Shown: positions 6,611 to 16,536, counted from the first letter of the stretch. The stretch is 64,000 bases of DNA from a virus (IMGVR_UViG_3300037524_001291), one strand, 5' to 3'. Notes: generated by a model from the letters alone, not told the origin. Numbers and translations are program-made.

Positions 6611-7084
6611 TTACTTTATAATCTCTTCTATTACCTCAGTATTTTCTAAATTTTCTTTAGGTTTTTCATTTAAACCTTCTTCAGTTTTCTTCATTTCTTC
6701 TATGTTTGTTTCTTCTTGAGGTTCTTCTTCTTTTTTGTTAGGGTCTTCTGTTTGAATTTCTTTAGCTTTTGCTACAGCTTCAGCTGTAATTTTTTTAGAT
6801 TCTTCGTTAATTTCCTCTTTGGTTAGAACACCTTTGGCTATTAGAACATTTTCGATAGCGTTAAGTCTCATCATGTTAGGGTATACAAATCTTTTGAAGA
6901 GTGTATTAACATCATTTAGTAAATGGTGAGCCATTTGATTTACGTTCTCGACAATTTGGGTGATAATGGGTGTTAGTTCGTTACGTCTTACTATCTCTCT
7001 ACTTTTGTTAGGGTCTTTCTCTTTGAATGGTAGGATATTTTTACTCATGTGGCACAGCTCCTTTTTTATTGTGTTATAAAGCAA
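6611..7084 (-). CDS. Hypothetical protein with acidic low-complexity C-terminus
   Basis: ORF track; probable start at MSKNILPF after AAGGAG. Confidence 0.75.
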   Translation of the reverse strand: MLYNTIKKELCHMSKNILPFKEKDPNKSREIVRRNELTPIITQIVENVNQMAHHLLNDVNTLFKRFVYPNMMRLNAIENVLIAKGVLTKEEINEESKKITAEAVAKAKEIQTEDPNKKEEEPQEETNIEEMKKTEEGLNEKPKENLENTEVIEEIIK

Positions 7085-7202
7085 AAATAGACATTAATTA
7101 CATGTCTATTTTTGAAAACTCTTACATATTATTTGTGGGAAATACTCATAGTAGTATTATAATATAACTTTAAAATCTTTTCAATGTAAACACTGATATA
7201 AG

Positions 7203-7242
7203 AGTATTACTTTTCTAATATATACACTTTAGCTTTTTGTAT
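7203..7242. repeat. 40-bp direct repeat of the 3' end of the 3D gene (8521-8560)
   Basis: 39/40 identity by eye. Confidence 0.9.
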
Positions 7243-7294
7243 CCCTCTTCGTCCTATCAACCTAATATATACTCAAATTCCCCTAACTATCTTT

Positions 7295-8482
7295 TTAGAG
7301 TAATAATGGTACTAGATGATAAAACCTATAACCACCACCACTCCAATTAACTCTTTTTGAAATTCCTCCCTGTTCTCCGTCTACAACTTTATCCAAGCGA
7401 GTTTTACAATGGGTATAACAGTGTTTACCAATCTCAATACCAATCCATCTTCTACCCATTTTAAGTGCAACGGCAGCGGTAGTTCCAGAACCAAGGAAAC
7501 TATCAAGAACTAAATCACCTTCAGTAGAACCCAAGGTTAGTATTCTTTCTAAAAGTCTTTCTGGCTTTGGAGTAGCAAAAACATCATCCCCATTAAAAAT
7601 TTTTACTTCTGCTCTTGCCTCATGAGTATGACCAACCTCATCAAATCTCCAAAGAGTTTTTGAAGGTACACCTACCTTTTTCAAGTCACACAAAAACGTT
7701 TTTCTTGAGGGTATAGCTTTCCCATCCTTACCAAACCAAATCTCATCATTTTCATCCATTCGAGCTAAGCTTTCTTTAGTATATCTTTCAAATGTTCCTA
7801 ATGGAGGCATCCAAGTAACTCCATTTTTGAAAGTAAAACTAAACTTCTCACTAAATAAAGATCCACTTTTTGCATGAAGAGGAGTGGATTTCCACACACC
7901 TTTAGAACTCTTATCTGGATTTCTATATGCCTTATCCATTTCTTCAGAACGAGGTAATCTATTTGGTCTCCATACATTTTTATTTTTAGCATAAAGTAAA
8001 ATATGATCATGAGTATCAGATAACCATTTTGTGTCATTAGCTCTGGTGTACTTTTTTTCCCATATAATATTAGTGATAAAATTTTTGCGACCAAAAATTT
8101 TATCACAGAGAACTTTTAAGTAATGACATTCATTATCATCAATACTAATCCAGATACTCCCATCATCACTCAACAAATTATAAAGAACATCCAATCTTGA
8201 TTTCATAAAACTAAGCCAAGTATCATGTTCTAAATTATCCTTATAGTGATCAAAGACCAAACCTGTATTATAGGGAGGGTCTATATAAATACATTTTATT
8301 TTCCCAGAGTAGTCATGTTCCAATGTCTTTAATGCAAGTAAATTATCCCCATATATTAAAATATTCTCAGTATTTTCATCTCCATAAGATTTTTCCTCAT
8401 CATAAATCAACCTTCCGAGATCCTTTTTAGATTTATCACCCTTTCCTATACAAGTTAATTCAAGCTTCTCAATATTAACCAT
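7295..8482 (-). CDS. Adenine DNA methyltransferase (beta class, type III Mod-like)
   Basis: YIDPPYNTG catalytic motif, [21 protein letters not shown]-binding motif. Confidence 0.93.
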   Translation of the reverse strand: MVNIEKLELTCIGKGDKSKKDLGRLIYDEEKSYGDENTENILIYGDNLLALKTLEHDYSGKIKCIYIDPPYNTGLVFDHYKDNLEHDTWLSFMKSRLDVLYNLLSDDGSIWISIDDNECHYLKVLCDKIFGRKNFITNIIWEKKYTRANDTKWLSDTHDHILLYAKNKNVWRPNRLPRSEEMDKAYRNPDKSSKGVWKSTPLHAKSGSLFSEKFSFTFKNGVTWMPPLGTFERYTKESLARMDENDEIWFGKDGKAIPSRKTFLCDLKKVGVPSKTLWRFDEVGHTHEARAEVKIFNGDDVFATPKPERLLERILTLGSTEGDLVLDSFLGSGTTAAVALKMGRRWIGIEIGKHCYTHCKTRLDKVVDGEQGGISKRVNWSGGGYRFYHLVPLLL

Positions 8483-8524
8483 TTATGTATTTACCTCCCA
8501 AAATAGTGAATTTACCATAAAGTA

Positions 8525-9241
8525 TTACTTTTCTAATATATATACTTTAGCTTTTTGTATTCCAAATTTATTACAAAGAGAGGTTTTATTTTCTCCCATA
8601 TAAATATCAATAATATCTCCTTTAACAGCTGATCCTGTATCCATAGCTTTATATATGCCGTTCATGTATGAGTATTTTTCAGGAAATTGAATATATAGAA
8701 TACTTCCTAAAGGTATTGTGTTAGGGTCTACAGCTACAGTAGTTTTATAAATAACTCTCTCTCCAGTTCTCGTTATACCATACTCAGGGTGGCTAGGTCT
8801 TTTTCCACAACTTACTATGGATAGGTCATATGCAGTAGCTCTCATATTAAGCATCTTACTATTATTTAGAATTTTCTTTGTTACTATATAGTCTCTTTTA
8901 GTTCCTCTACTAACTATTGTTTTAGAAGCTTGTATTCTATTATTAATACTTTCAAGAGTTTTTATTTGTTGTTCTAGTGTGCTTGCCTTTTTAAAGATTT
9001 CATCTAATTGCTTTGTAGTGTAAGAGTTTTGCTCTAGGGATTTCTGTAGTTTTTCCTGTAATTTTTCCTGTAATTTTTTATTTCCTACTCTTATCTGTTC
9101 TAACTCATTTTTTGCTTCTTGTATAGTGATATTCAGTCTATTTACTTTGTCTACTTGGACAATGTAAGGAATAGATATCAAGACTAACAGTAACAGTGCA
9201 ATTATTAGGATACTTAAAGTTCTTAATAATTTCTTGTTCAG
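8525..9241 (-). CDS. 3D-domain cell-wall-binding/lytic protein with coiled coil and N-terminal membrane anchor
   Basis: RATAY, AVDPNTIPLGS, AMDTGSAVKGDIIDIY. The frame extends to a CTG placed after RBS GGAGG, adding MNKKLLRTLSILIIALLLLVL. Confidence 0.88.
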   Translation of the reverse strand: MNKKLLRTLSILIIALLLLVLISIPYIVQVDKVNRLNITIQEAKNELEQIRVGNKKLQEKLQEKLQKSLEQNSYTTKQLDEIFKKASTLEQQIKTLESINNRIQASKTIVSRGTKRDYIVTKKILNNSKMLNMRATAYDLSIVSCGKRPSHPEYGITRTGERVIYKTTVAVDPNTIPLGSILYIQFPEKYSYMNGIYKAMDTGSAVKGDIIDIYMGENKTSLCNKFGIQKAKVYILEK

Positions 9242-9256
9242 AGTAATCCCTCCTCA

Positions 9257-9562
9257 TTATTCTTTTTTGTTAAGTAGATAAGGTAGTCTGTCTATATAGG
9301 ATTTACACAGTACTATTTCACAATTAAGTATTAATTTAATTACTTCTTCCTCCTTTTCCTTCTCTTTTCTTGTAATCATACTATATAAATTACAAATTCG
9401 AAAGAAGCTCCTCCCAAAGTGTTGTAATATAATAGATATTTGGGTATCATTTTCACTAAGTAACTTCTCAGTACTACCAGACAAATCTGAGTAGGTAGTT
9501 ACTGAGTCTACATCAATTCTTAAAAGAAGGTTCTTAAGTAATCGAATTAATATTTTTCTCAT
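9257..9562 (-). CDS. Hypothetical protein
   Basis: ORF overlapping the primase stop codon. Confidence 0.7.
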   Translation of the reverse strand: MRKILIRLLKNLLLRIDVDSVTTYSDLSGSTEKLLSENDTQISIILQHFGRSFFRICNLYSMITRKEKEKEEEVIKLILNCEIVLCKSYIDRLPYLLNKKE

Positions 9563-10326
9563 AGTCCAAACCCCTCTGTATTTAAAGTATTGAAAACAAA
9601 AGACTCATAAAAAATCTTTCGGTACATATAGTCTTCTGGGTTATGGGATAATTCTTCTAATATTCCTAAGTCTTTATCTGTAGAGTATAAAGGCATTACC
9701 TCTATCTGTATTTTAGGGTTGAGGTCTTTTAATCTTTTTGTAGAGAGAGTTACCCCAGCTCTTCCCCCATCATCATTATCAAAAGCTAAAATAAATTTAT
9801 CTGTTAGGGTAGTAAGTACTTCAGCTTGCATAAGAGTTATATTACTAGTGAGCATAGCTAGTATATCTTTGTGTATAACTCTAAAGCTATCAGCATCATA
9901 AATACCTTCAGTAAGAATCATCCACTTTCCAAATTTAAAATCAGGATTTATAAGATCTAGTCCGTATACAGTGTAGAACATAGAATAATCAATAAACTGT
10001 TTAATTTTAAGACTTCTGAATACAAGTGATACAGGTTTTCCACCTATCTCATTAAAGATTACTAAGAACTCTCCATTATCATTAAAAAACTGTTTTTGGT
10101 TATCTGTAAAGGACTTCATTAGTTTTAGAGAGTGTAGTTCTGCCAAAGTACATACTCTATAATTAGAATACCCATACTTAAGAGCTAACTCAGTATATTT
10201 GTTGTGAGTTATTTTTCTTTTCTTTATAAACTCTGAAATAGGGGGAAGATTATCATACAAAATCTGTATGACCTCCTTCTTAGGGTGTATTATAGAGTTG
10301 TTTTCAGGTATTCCATGAAACTCCAT
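9559..10326 (-). CDS. DNA primase-like TOPRIM catalytic core (no zinc-binding domain evident)
   Basis: ILTEGIYDADS and ILAFDNDDGGRAG TOPRIM motifs. Confidence 0.8.
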   Translation of the reverse strand: MEFHGIPENNSIIHPKKEVIQILYDNLPPISEFIKKRKITHNKYTELALKYGYSNYRVCTLAELHSLKLMKSFTDNQKQFFNDNGEFLVIFNEIGGKPVSLVFRSLKIKQFIDYSMFYTVYGLDLINPDFKFGKWMILTEGIYDADSFRVIHKDILAMLTSNITLMQAEVLTTLTDKFILAFDNDDGGRAGVTLSTKRLKDLNPKIQIEVMPLYSTDKDLGILEELSHNPEDYMYRKIFYESFVFNTLNTEGFGL

Positions 10327-10344
10327 AGTACTCAGAGTCCTTTC

Positions 10345-11289
10345 TTATAACCATAATTTTCTTGCCAGTGTACTATCCCCAACTATCCAGAATAGTACCT
10401 TGTTATTCTTAACGTCTATATTTCTCATCATGAAATCATAGGCTTTCGCTTCATAAATTTTATCTAAGAATTCTCTATCATTAAAGAATAGGGTAAGATG
10501 TTTAGAGTAGGCGTAAGTTTTATCGGGATAGAACTCATAGTCTATAGTATCTTGATCTAATATTCTATTTACTACATCAGTCCGGTCATATCCAGCTATC
10601 TGTACTCCTATAACTCTTTTAGGTTTTATATTATATTTTATAAGTCCCTTTAAGATTCCCCCAAAAGTAATAGCACTTCCTACGGGTACTATTAAAACAT
10701 CTAAATCTGTAGGAAGATTTTGTACCTGTAAAGCTATTGAATCTATTATTGCATTAGGGTTGGTATCTAAATTAATACCAAACTTCACAACAAAAAATTT
10801 CAAGTTCTTTTCGAGTTCATTTATTCTAGCTGTTAGGGTACTGTCATAACCTAATTTAGACTTTAAATCTACTTTAGCTCCAAGATTAATAGCATTGACT
10901 ATAAGAGGGTTAGTTAGTAGAGTTTCTTTTTTTGTAGCTCCTACTATGAGAAGGCTTTGAAAACCAAACTCTTTAGCTACTCTAGCTACGATAATACCTT
11001 GAGGAGAATTAACAGAAGTTCCAGTTGCAATAATCCCATTACATTCATTTTTAATGTATCTATAATTATCATGTATAAGATTTAATGCTTGTCGAACCTT
11101 CCCACCAGATAAAGGTACATCCTCAAATGGTTGGTAGTAATCATCTCTTTTATAAAATATACCCCTATGCTCCTCGATAGGGGTAATGTTGTATACACCA
11201 TACTCTTGCAATGTTTTCAAATCTATCACCCCATTTATCACTTCATTTATCACTTCATTTATCACTTCATTTATCACTTCATTTATCAC
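10345..11289 (-). CDS. PLP-dependent enzyme, fold-type II (ACC deaminase/D-cysteine desulfhydrase-like)
   Basis: YKRDD...SGGKVRQ (PLP lysine), SVNSPQG, IVPVGSAIT, LDKIYEAKAY; true start uncertain because of N-terminal repeats. Confidence 0.8.
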   Translation of the reverse strand: MINEVINEVINEVINEVINGVIDLKTLQEYGVYNITPIEEHRGIFYKRDDYYQPFEDVPLSGGKVRQALNLIHDNYRYIKNECNGIIATGTSVNSPQGIIVARVAKEFGFQSLLIVGATKKETLLTNPLIVNAINLGAKVDLKSKLGYDSTLTARINELEKNLKFFVVKFGINLDTNPNAIIDSIALQVQNLPTDLDVLIVPVGSAITFGGILKGLIKYNIKPKRVIGVQIAGYDRTDVVNRILDQDTIDYEFYPDKTYAYSKHLTLFFNDREFLDKIYEAKAYDFMMRNIDVKNNKVLFWIVGDSTLARKLWL

Positions 11290-11292
11290 TTC
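11233..11292. repeat. 12-bp tandem repeat x5 (INEV)
   Basis: ATTTATCACTTC x5. Confidence 0.95.
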
Positions 11293-11317
11293 ATATATCT
11301 ATAGTACGTAAAAACTC

Positions 11318-11923
11318 CTAAAAAGATTTCTCTTCTCTAAGTTTTTCATATTTGTATCCTTCTTCAATAAAATGTTTTCTACATACAGCTTCATAAGAAT
11401 CATTTCCACCGATTAAAATTTTATCTCCACTAAAAGTTGGTACATCATTAATCTTTCTCATATTCATAATAGCTTTACTCTCACACCAACATATAGTTTT
11501 TATTTCTTCGATTGAGTCTGACCAAGCTAGTAACCACTGACTACCTTCAAATAGCTCACCTTGAAAATCTGTTCTTAATCCATAGCATATAACAGGTATA
11601 TCTAGAGTATCTACTACAGTACAAAGAGAGGATATGTGAATCTTAGATAAGAACTGTGCTTCATCTACGATAACACAGTGTAAGTCCATTTCATTTTTAA
11701 TATTATCCACGAGTAAAAGGATATCGGTATCTTTTGTTATTATGGTAGCTTCTGAGCTAATACCTATACGAGAGCTTACAGAAGTTCTTCCACTTCGAGT
11801 ATCTATTTCAGGTTTTAATAAGATGGCATTAAGACCTCTCTCTGTATAGTTGTGTTTTACCATTAGTGCATTAGCTGTTTTTGATGCTCCCATAGCACCA
11901 TAACGAAAAAATAATTTAGCCAT
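11318..11923 (-). CDS. tdk: Thymidine kinase
   Basis: YGAMGASKT P-loop, VIVDEAQFL, YGLRTDF, C-terminal Zn site and GGNDSYEAVCRKHF. Confidence 0.96.
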   Translation of the reverse strand: MAKLFFRYGAMGASKTANALMVKHNYTERGLNAILLKPEIDTRSGRTSVSSRIGISSEATIITKDTDILLLVDNIKNEMDLHCVIVDEAQFLSKIHISSLCTVVDTLDIPVICYGLRTDFQGELFEGSQWLLAWSDSIEEIKTICWCESKAIMNMRKINDVPTFSGDKILIGGNDSYEAVCRKHFIEEGYKYEKLREEKSF

Positions 11924-11939
11924 AATTCAATGCTCCTCT

Positions 11940-12494
11940 TCATAAGTTTTTATAAATTTCTTTAGCTTCTAGTAAGGCTCTAGATACAGTAGCTTGAGAG
12001 CATCCCAATATCTTTGCAATATCTTCTTGATTTCTTTTAGGGTTTTCTATTTTTATTTTTAGGATTTCTTTTTTTAGTCCTGTTAGTCTTAGTAGAAGTC
12101 TTTTTATTATATTATTTTTTGAGGTATTATAAACAACTTTATCATACCCAGACTCAAGATATTCTAAAGTATCACCTTTAGTTACCCCCACTCCTTCATC
12201 ATTAGTAAAGAGAATGTCATCTAAAGAGCAGGACACATATTTATTCTGTTTCGACATAAACCGTATTTCTTTATAAATCTCATGTATAATAAAACGATTA
12301 GCAAAAGTGGTAATAGTACCTTTACTAAGGTCAAATTTTTTAGCGGCTTTTATTAGTCCTTGAACACCTACCTGATATATATGTTCCCAATCAGAGTTAT
12401 AAGCAGTACGAAAAATATTCATCATATATTTTTTTATTATAAAGGATACGAATTTAAGGTTATCCTCAACAAGTTTTACATCATAATCATATAC
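11940..12494 (-). CDS. sigma70-family sigma factor (sporulation SigF/G/K-like)
   Basis: Region 2 (LVEDNLKFVSFIIKKY; QVGVQGLIKAAKKFD; TFANRFI) and region 4 HTH (QEDIAKILGCSQATVSR). Region 2.1 lies upstream of the ATG at 12425; the GTA at 12494 is RBS-positioned. Confidence 0.85.
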   Translation of the reverse strand, partial: VYDYDVKLVEDNLKFVSFIIKKYMMNIFRTAYNSDWEHIYQVGVQGLIKAAKKFDLSKGTITTFANRFIIHEIYKEIRFMSKQNKYVSCSLDDILFTNDEGVGVTKGDTLEYLESGYDKVVYNTSKNNIIKRLLLRLTGLKKEILKIKIENPKRNQEDIAKILGCSQATVSRALLEAKEIYKNL

Positions 12495-13325
12495 CTAAAC
12501 AACCTCACTCTCAGTTTGAGGTTCTTTTTTAGAGTTTTTGGGTAAGATGTTAGTAGTATTATTAGTATTATTAGTAGTATTATTAGTTTTTAAACCTTTT
12601 TGTTTCTCTTTCATCTGCTTCATATCCCTAAATAGAAGGTCAATAGGGAAGTGTTTTTTATATTTACCGTTAGCTTCATAAGGTTGTATATCCTGTTCCA
12701 AGAAGAAATTAGATATTCCATTTAGAACTAAGGACTTTCCCATACGAGGGTCACAAGAGATGTTATAACCTAATAAAAAGCCTTTAATCATGCTTTTTTG
12801 ATAATTCATAAGTTTTATATTATTTTTATTTTCTATGTACTTTATTATTTGTAGTAAGGTTCTTTTATCCTCAGTTACTACTCTGACTTCTTTTTCTACT
12901 ACTTTTTCTACTACTTTTACATCTTCATCTACTAGGGCTAGGCTTTCTTTTAAGCTTTTATCTATATTCCCCATATCGTAAGGGCTTAAAGTTCCTACAA
13001 ATCTCTCTAATCTTTCTTTATCTACGGTAGTTATATGATTTAGTAATACAATAGAGGGTTTTGTTAGCCCACTCTCATTCCAAAACTCTAATTTTACCTG
13101 TACAGGTAAAACTCCTTTATCTTTAGAGGTTATAGGAGCTATAATAACTGTGGGACTAAACTCATTACCTTTATTATTTTGTAGTATTACAGCAGGTCTT
13201 TGTCCTCTTTGCTCACTCCCATAAGTTTTATCATCTCCCAAATTAACATAATATATATCACCTCTAAAAGGAATTAACTTTCTTACTCCCATTTCATTAT
13301 ATAAGTTAATACTATTTCTACCCAT
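12495..13325 (-). CDS. MazF/PemK-family endoribonuclease domain fused to an unknown C-terminal region
   Basis: RGDIYYVNL, GSEQRGQRPAVILQN, TVIIAPITS. Confidence 0.85.
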   Translation of the reverse strand: MGRNSINLYNEMGVRKLIPFRGDIYYVNLGDDKTYGSEQRGQRPAVILQNNKGNEFSPTVIIAPITSKDKGVLPVQVKLEFWNESGLTKPSIVLLNHITTVDKERLERFVGTLSPYDMGNIDKSLKESLALVDEDVKVVEKVVEKEVRVVTEDKRTLLQIIKYIENKNNIKLMNYQKSMIKGFLLGYNISCDPRMGKSLVLNGISNFFLEQDIQPYEANGKYKKHFPIDLLFRDMKQMKEKQKGLKTNNTTNNTNNTTNILPKNSKKEPQTESEVV

Positions 13326-13632
13326 TTCTTGTATACTCCCTTTCTAAAGTAAGTTTACTCAATATATTTTCAGGTATTCTAAAAGGTACTACTAAATACT
13401 CTTTTATAAATGTAATATTATTGGCTCTACTACATATAAAACACAAAGATATAGGAGTTTTTACATACATATCCAATCTAAATTTTCTCTTCTCACAAAG
13501 AATACATTTAGGAGCTAGACAGTTTAAAATCCTTTCCAAAAATTTAGTTCTTTTATTAGGGAGAGCATCTTTTTTTGAAAAAGTATTATCTCTCTTCTTA
13601 AATTCTATTATATTATTTTTGTATTTTCTCAT
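13318..13632 (-). CDS. Hypothetical zinc-binding protein
   Basis: CILC and CFIC pairs. Confidence 0.7.
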   Translation of the reverse strand: MRKYKNNIIEFKKRDNTFSKKDALPNKRTKFLERILNCLAPKCILCEKRKFRLDMYVKTPISLCFICSRANNITFIKEYLVVPFRIPENILSKLTLEREYTRNG

Positions 13633-13704
13633 AAAAGTCTCCCATCTATATTTAAAGAGATAAACTTTTTAAGGTTTATCTCTTTAAGTTACCCTTAAAT
13701 GCTC

Positions 13705-14127
13705 TTAATCTTCACCTAAGAGAAGTAATAACCTTCTAAAACCCTTAGCCATCTTAGCTACATCATCTTCTTCGTATTCATCTTCTTCGTATTCATCTTC
13801 TTCGCATTCATTGTGTGGATCGTCTTGCTCTGACATTAGACGGCTATCTACCACACCAATACCTACCTCTCTAAATAATCTTATAGCTTCTGCAAGTGCA
13901 GTAAAGAAAGTATCAGAGGACTCAGAAGGCAAATTTTCTAAGTTTTTAACTTCAAGACCTAAACCAAAAGTCACTAATGAAATGGTATGGCACTCTCCAC
14001 ACAGTACAAATTTTTGTTTATCTTTATCTTTCCGAAACGCACTAAGCAACCCCACCTTTAATTCTTCTCCACAATAGTTACATAAAGCTAATTCTCCATT
14101 ATTTTCAAAAGCCAATTTTTTTGACAT
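13705..14127 (-). CDS. Hypothetical zinc-ribbon protein with acidic repeat tail
   Basis: CNYC and CGEC pairs; EEDEY 15-bp repeats. Confidence 0.75.
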   Translation of the reverse strand: MSKKLAFENNGELALCNYCGEELKVGLLSAFRKDKDKQKFVLCGECHTISLVTFGLGLEVKNLENLPSESSDTFFTALAEAIRLFREVGIGVVDSRLMSEQDDPHNECEEDEYEEDEYEEDDVAKMAKGFRRLLLLLGED

Positions 14128-14208
14128 TTTCTTTTACCCCTCTCAATTTAATTTTTACAGTGGTTAAAACCTCTATACAATTAATATACGTATTCTCTTT
14201 TAAAATAG

Positions 14209-14481
14209 TTACACATTATCCGTTCTAACAAGTTTTTTATAAGTATTAATACAAAGTCTACATATATTAGGATTCTGTGTTTTTCCTAAACAAATATCAT
14301 TTAAATAATCCCTCAAAGATATATTTCCAAGCAAATAAAAAAGATACTTCTCTGAAAGTACCTCAGAAGGGGTATATCTTTTACAAAGGGTAACACTTGT
14401 ACTATTGGCTATATGACAAACATGTTCATGCTTTGTATTAATATTTGATTCAGTTTTTGTCAAAGCTCTTGATAAAAACAT
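14209..14481 (-). CDS. Hypothetical protein
   Basis: ORF track; His/Cys-rich. Confidence 0.6.
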   Translation of the reverse strand: MFLSRALTKTESNINTKHEHVCHIANSTSVTLCKRYTPSEVLSEKYLFYLLGNISLRDYLNDICLGKTQNPNICRLCINTYKKLVRTDNV

Positions 14482-14519
14482 ATGTAAGCCTTTCTATTAG
14501 TAAGTATAAGCAAGTAATC

Positions 14520-15068
14520 TTATTCTATTGTTTCTACTTCAAGAACATATCCCATAATTTCACCAACATCTGTTATAGTTCCAACAACTCTTACAAGCTG
14601 TTTTGCTTTAAAATTTGATACTATATCAAGGTGCTGTTTTTCTATATCACATCTAATATTATTAAATGAAAAATCACTGTTAATATCTGATAATGAAAAA
14701 TAACTTCCTGATGAATCTATACCAGATAGTTTCCCTTTTAATCTAATATATTTATTCATATAGGTTTGTGATGCTTTTAGTGCATTTGATTTAAGAGCAG
14801 AATTTAACTCATCTGCTGTTACATCAATAGGTATTGGTTTTGTGGTTGCAATAACTTTATTTCCTTGACTTGTTTGTGTTATTTCTGACTTTTCTGGTGT
14901 TCCCATATTTCCAACTATAATCAAACCAAAAACAACAACTAAAATAATAAACCAAACCCTTTTATAAATAGGCTTCTTGTTTACCCTACCACAACTAGGA
15001 CAAGTTACTTTTCCTCTTGCTGAAATCTCATGTCCACACGATTTACATTTTGTCATTTTGTCACTCAT
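14520..15068 (-). CDS. Membrane protein: zinc ribbon, TM helix and OB-fold (tRNA_anti-like) domain
   Basis: CKSC/CPSC, KRVWFIILVVV TM segment, ADEL...SNALKA...YMNKYIRLKGK OB pattern. Confidence 0.75.
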   Translation of the reverse strand: MSDKMTKCKSCGHEISARGKVTCPSCGRVNKKPIYKRVWFIILVVVFGLIIVGNMGTPEKSEITQTSQGNKVIATTKPIPIDVTADELNSALKSNALKASQTYMNKYIRLKGKLSGIDSSGSYFSLSDINSDFSFNNIRCDIEKQHLDIVSNFKAKQLVRVVGTITDVGEIMGYVLEVETIE

Positions 15069-15089
15069 AGAATAGAACCTCCAAAATAT

Positions 15090-15470
15090 TTATTTTTTTC
15101 CTTCTTCCTTTTTGTCTTCTAAACTCATTAGCACTATATTACCATTAAAAGAGCCTTTTTTAATATTTTTATACTTTCTCATTACTTCAAAATCCTCTAG
15201 AGAGATCCCATTATATCTAAGTATCATATAGACTACTTCTACTATATCTACTAGTTCTTCTATCTCTCCTGACTCTAGGTACTCGTTAACTTCTTCTAAT
15301 ATCTTTTTATTCATAAGTCTTTTTATATAATGTTTTCCCTCAGCAGTAGCATAAGTAAACTTAATTCCTTTTTCTCTAAGTATTTCAGGTATTTTATCCC
15401 TTACTATTTTATCTAATAATTTCTTCTTGTTATTCATATCTACATCTGCATCTCCTTTTTTTATCTCCAT
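15090..15470 (-). CDS. MazG-like nucleoside triphosphate pyrophosphohydrolase
   Basis: KIVRDKIPEI, EEVNEY...EELVDIVEVV, KKGSF. Confidence 0.85.
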   Translation of the reverse strand: MEIKKGDADVDMNNKKKLLDKIVRDKIPEILREKGIKFTYATAEGKHYIKRLMNKKILEEVNEYLESGEIEELVDIVEVVYMILRYNGISLEDFEVMRKYKNIKKGSFNGNIVLMSLEDKKEEGKK

Positions 15471-15718
15471 TTTTTATCTCCTTTCCTATACCATACAACG
15501 CACACTGTCTTAGGACGTTTCTTAGGGTATAGAGCTAACCCACATAAAAGAAGGATAAGTAGTAGAGGGTACTTAGTAATTGATATATAAAGAATATAAG
15601 GAAGGCATAAAACAAATATAATAGGTAAACTTCCTACAAAGCAACAAACATAAATACATAAAATCAAAGCACAAGGAACAATTACAATCACCCACATAAG
15701 ATAAGAGAAAAAATCCAT
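15461..15718 (-). CDS. Small hydrophobic membrane protein
   Basis: ATG after GGGAGTG; long hydrophobic stretch. Confidence 0.65.
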   Translation of the reverse strand: MDFFSYLMWVIVIVPCALILCIYVCCFVGSLPIIFVLCLPYILYISITKYPLLLILLLCGLALYPKKRPKTVCVVWYRKGDKKWR

Positions 15719-15722
15719 AGTA

Positions 15723-16016
15723 TCACTCCCAATCAGACATACGAGGTATTCTAGGTAAAACAATACCATTAACAAACTCATAGTATTTCTTAATTCCATT
15801 AGGGAAATTTTTTCTTTGTGTTTTTGTGTAGGAAAGACTTATCATGACTTTTCTTCTTAAATCCTGAGTTTTCTCCACTGTAGTTATAATCTCATCAATA
15901 TCTACACCATAATCTCGACACACCCTATTACACCATGCAATTCTACTCTTAGCTGCTGTTGGTGTTATTTCTTCTACCTCAATCATATGTTTTCTAAAAG
16001 CTTCCTCATGTTTCAT
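15723..16016 (-). CDS. Hypothetical helical protein
   Basis: ORF coupled to its neighbour by ATGA overlap. Confidence 0.7.
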   Translation of the reverse strand: MKHEEAFRKHMIEVEEITPTAAKSRIAWCNRVCRDYGVDIDEIITTVEKTQDLRRKVMISLSYTKTQRKNFPNGIKKYYEFVNGIVLPRIPRMSDWE

Positions 16017-16444
16017 ACCAGAGTCTCCTTCAGTGTAGATTCTTTTACTATTGTATAATTTTTCTTTTTAAGAGTTGGTAGAGAGAATCTAGGTAATATA
16101 GCTACTCTTAGTAATGTTGCAGAGTTTACTACCATTATTCCTCTATCATCTTCTTCAGCATCGCCATCTATATAGGTAGCAATAAAGAATTTATCATCAC
16201 CAAAGATTTTTATTTCTTTAGCAAAATCCTTATCATAAATCTCAATCTCAATATTACCCCCACTATTAGTTCCCAAAGTTTTTCCTATAATAGGATATCC
16301 ATTCTCCAGAGAACTATAAACATTAAATCCTTTATTAAGTTGATCTATTAGGGAGTTATAGGATTCTTGATTATACATAAGTTTTTTATCTGTAACTTGT
16401 TCTGGATATATACTTAAAGGAAACCACATTATCAGATTACTCAT
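16013..16444 (-). CDS. Hypothetical protein
   Basis: ORF with AGGTG RBS. Confidence 0.7.
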   Translation of the reverse strand: MSNLIMWFPLSIYPEQVTDKKLMYNQESYNSLIDQLNKGFNVYSSLENGYPIIGKTLGTNSGGNIEIEIYDKDFAKEIKIFGDDKFFIATYIDGDAEEDDRGIMVVNSATLLRVAILPRFSLPTLKKKNYTIVKESTLKETLV

Positions 16445-16536
16445 GATACACCTTCTTATCTAAAAGACTTATTATTTCCTTTGATAATTTTTTTGCATTT
16501 TCTTCTATACTCATTTAAAATCTCCCCTGTTCTCTA

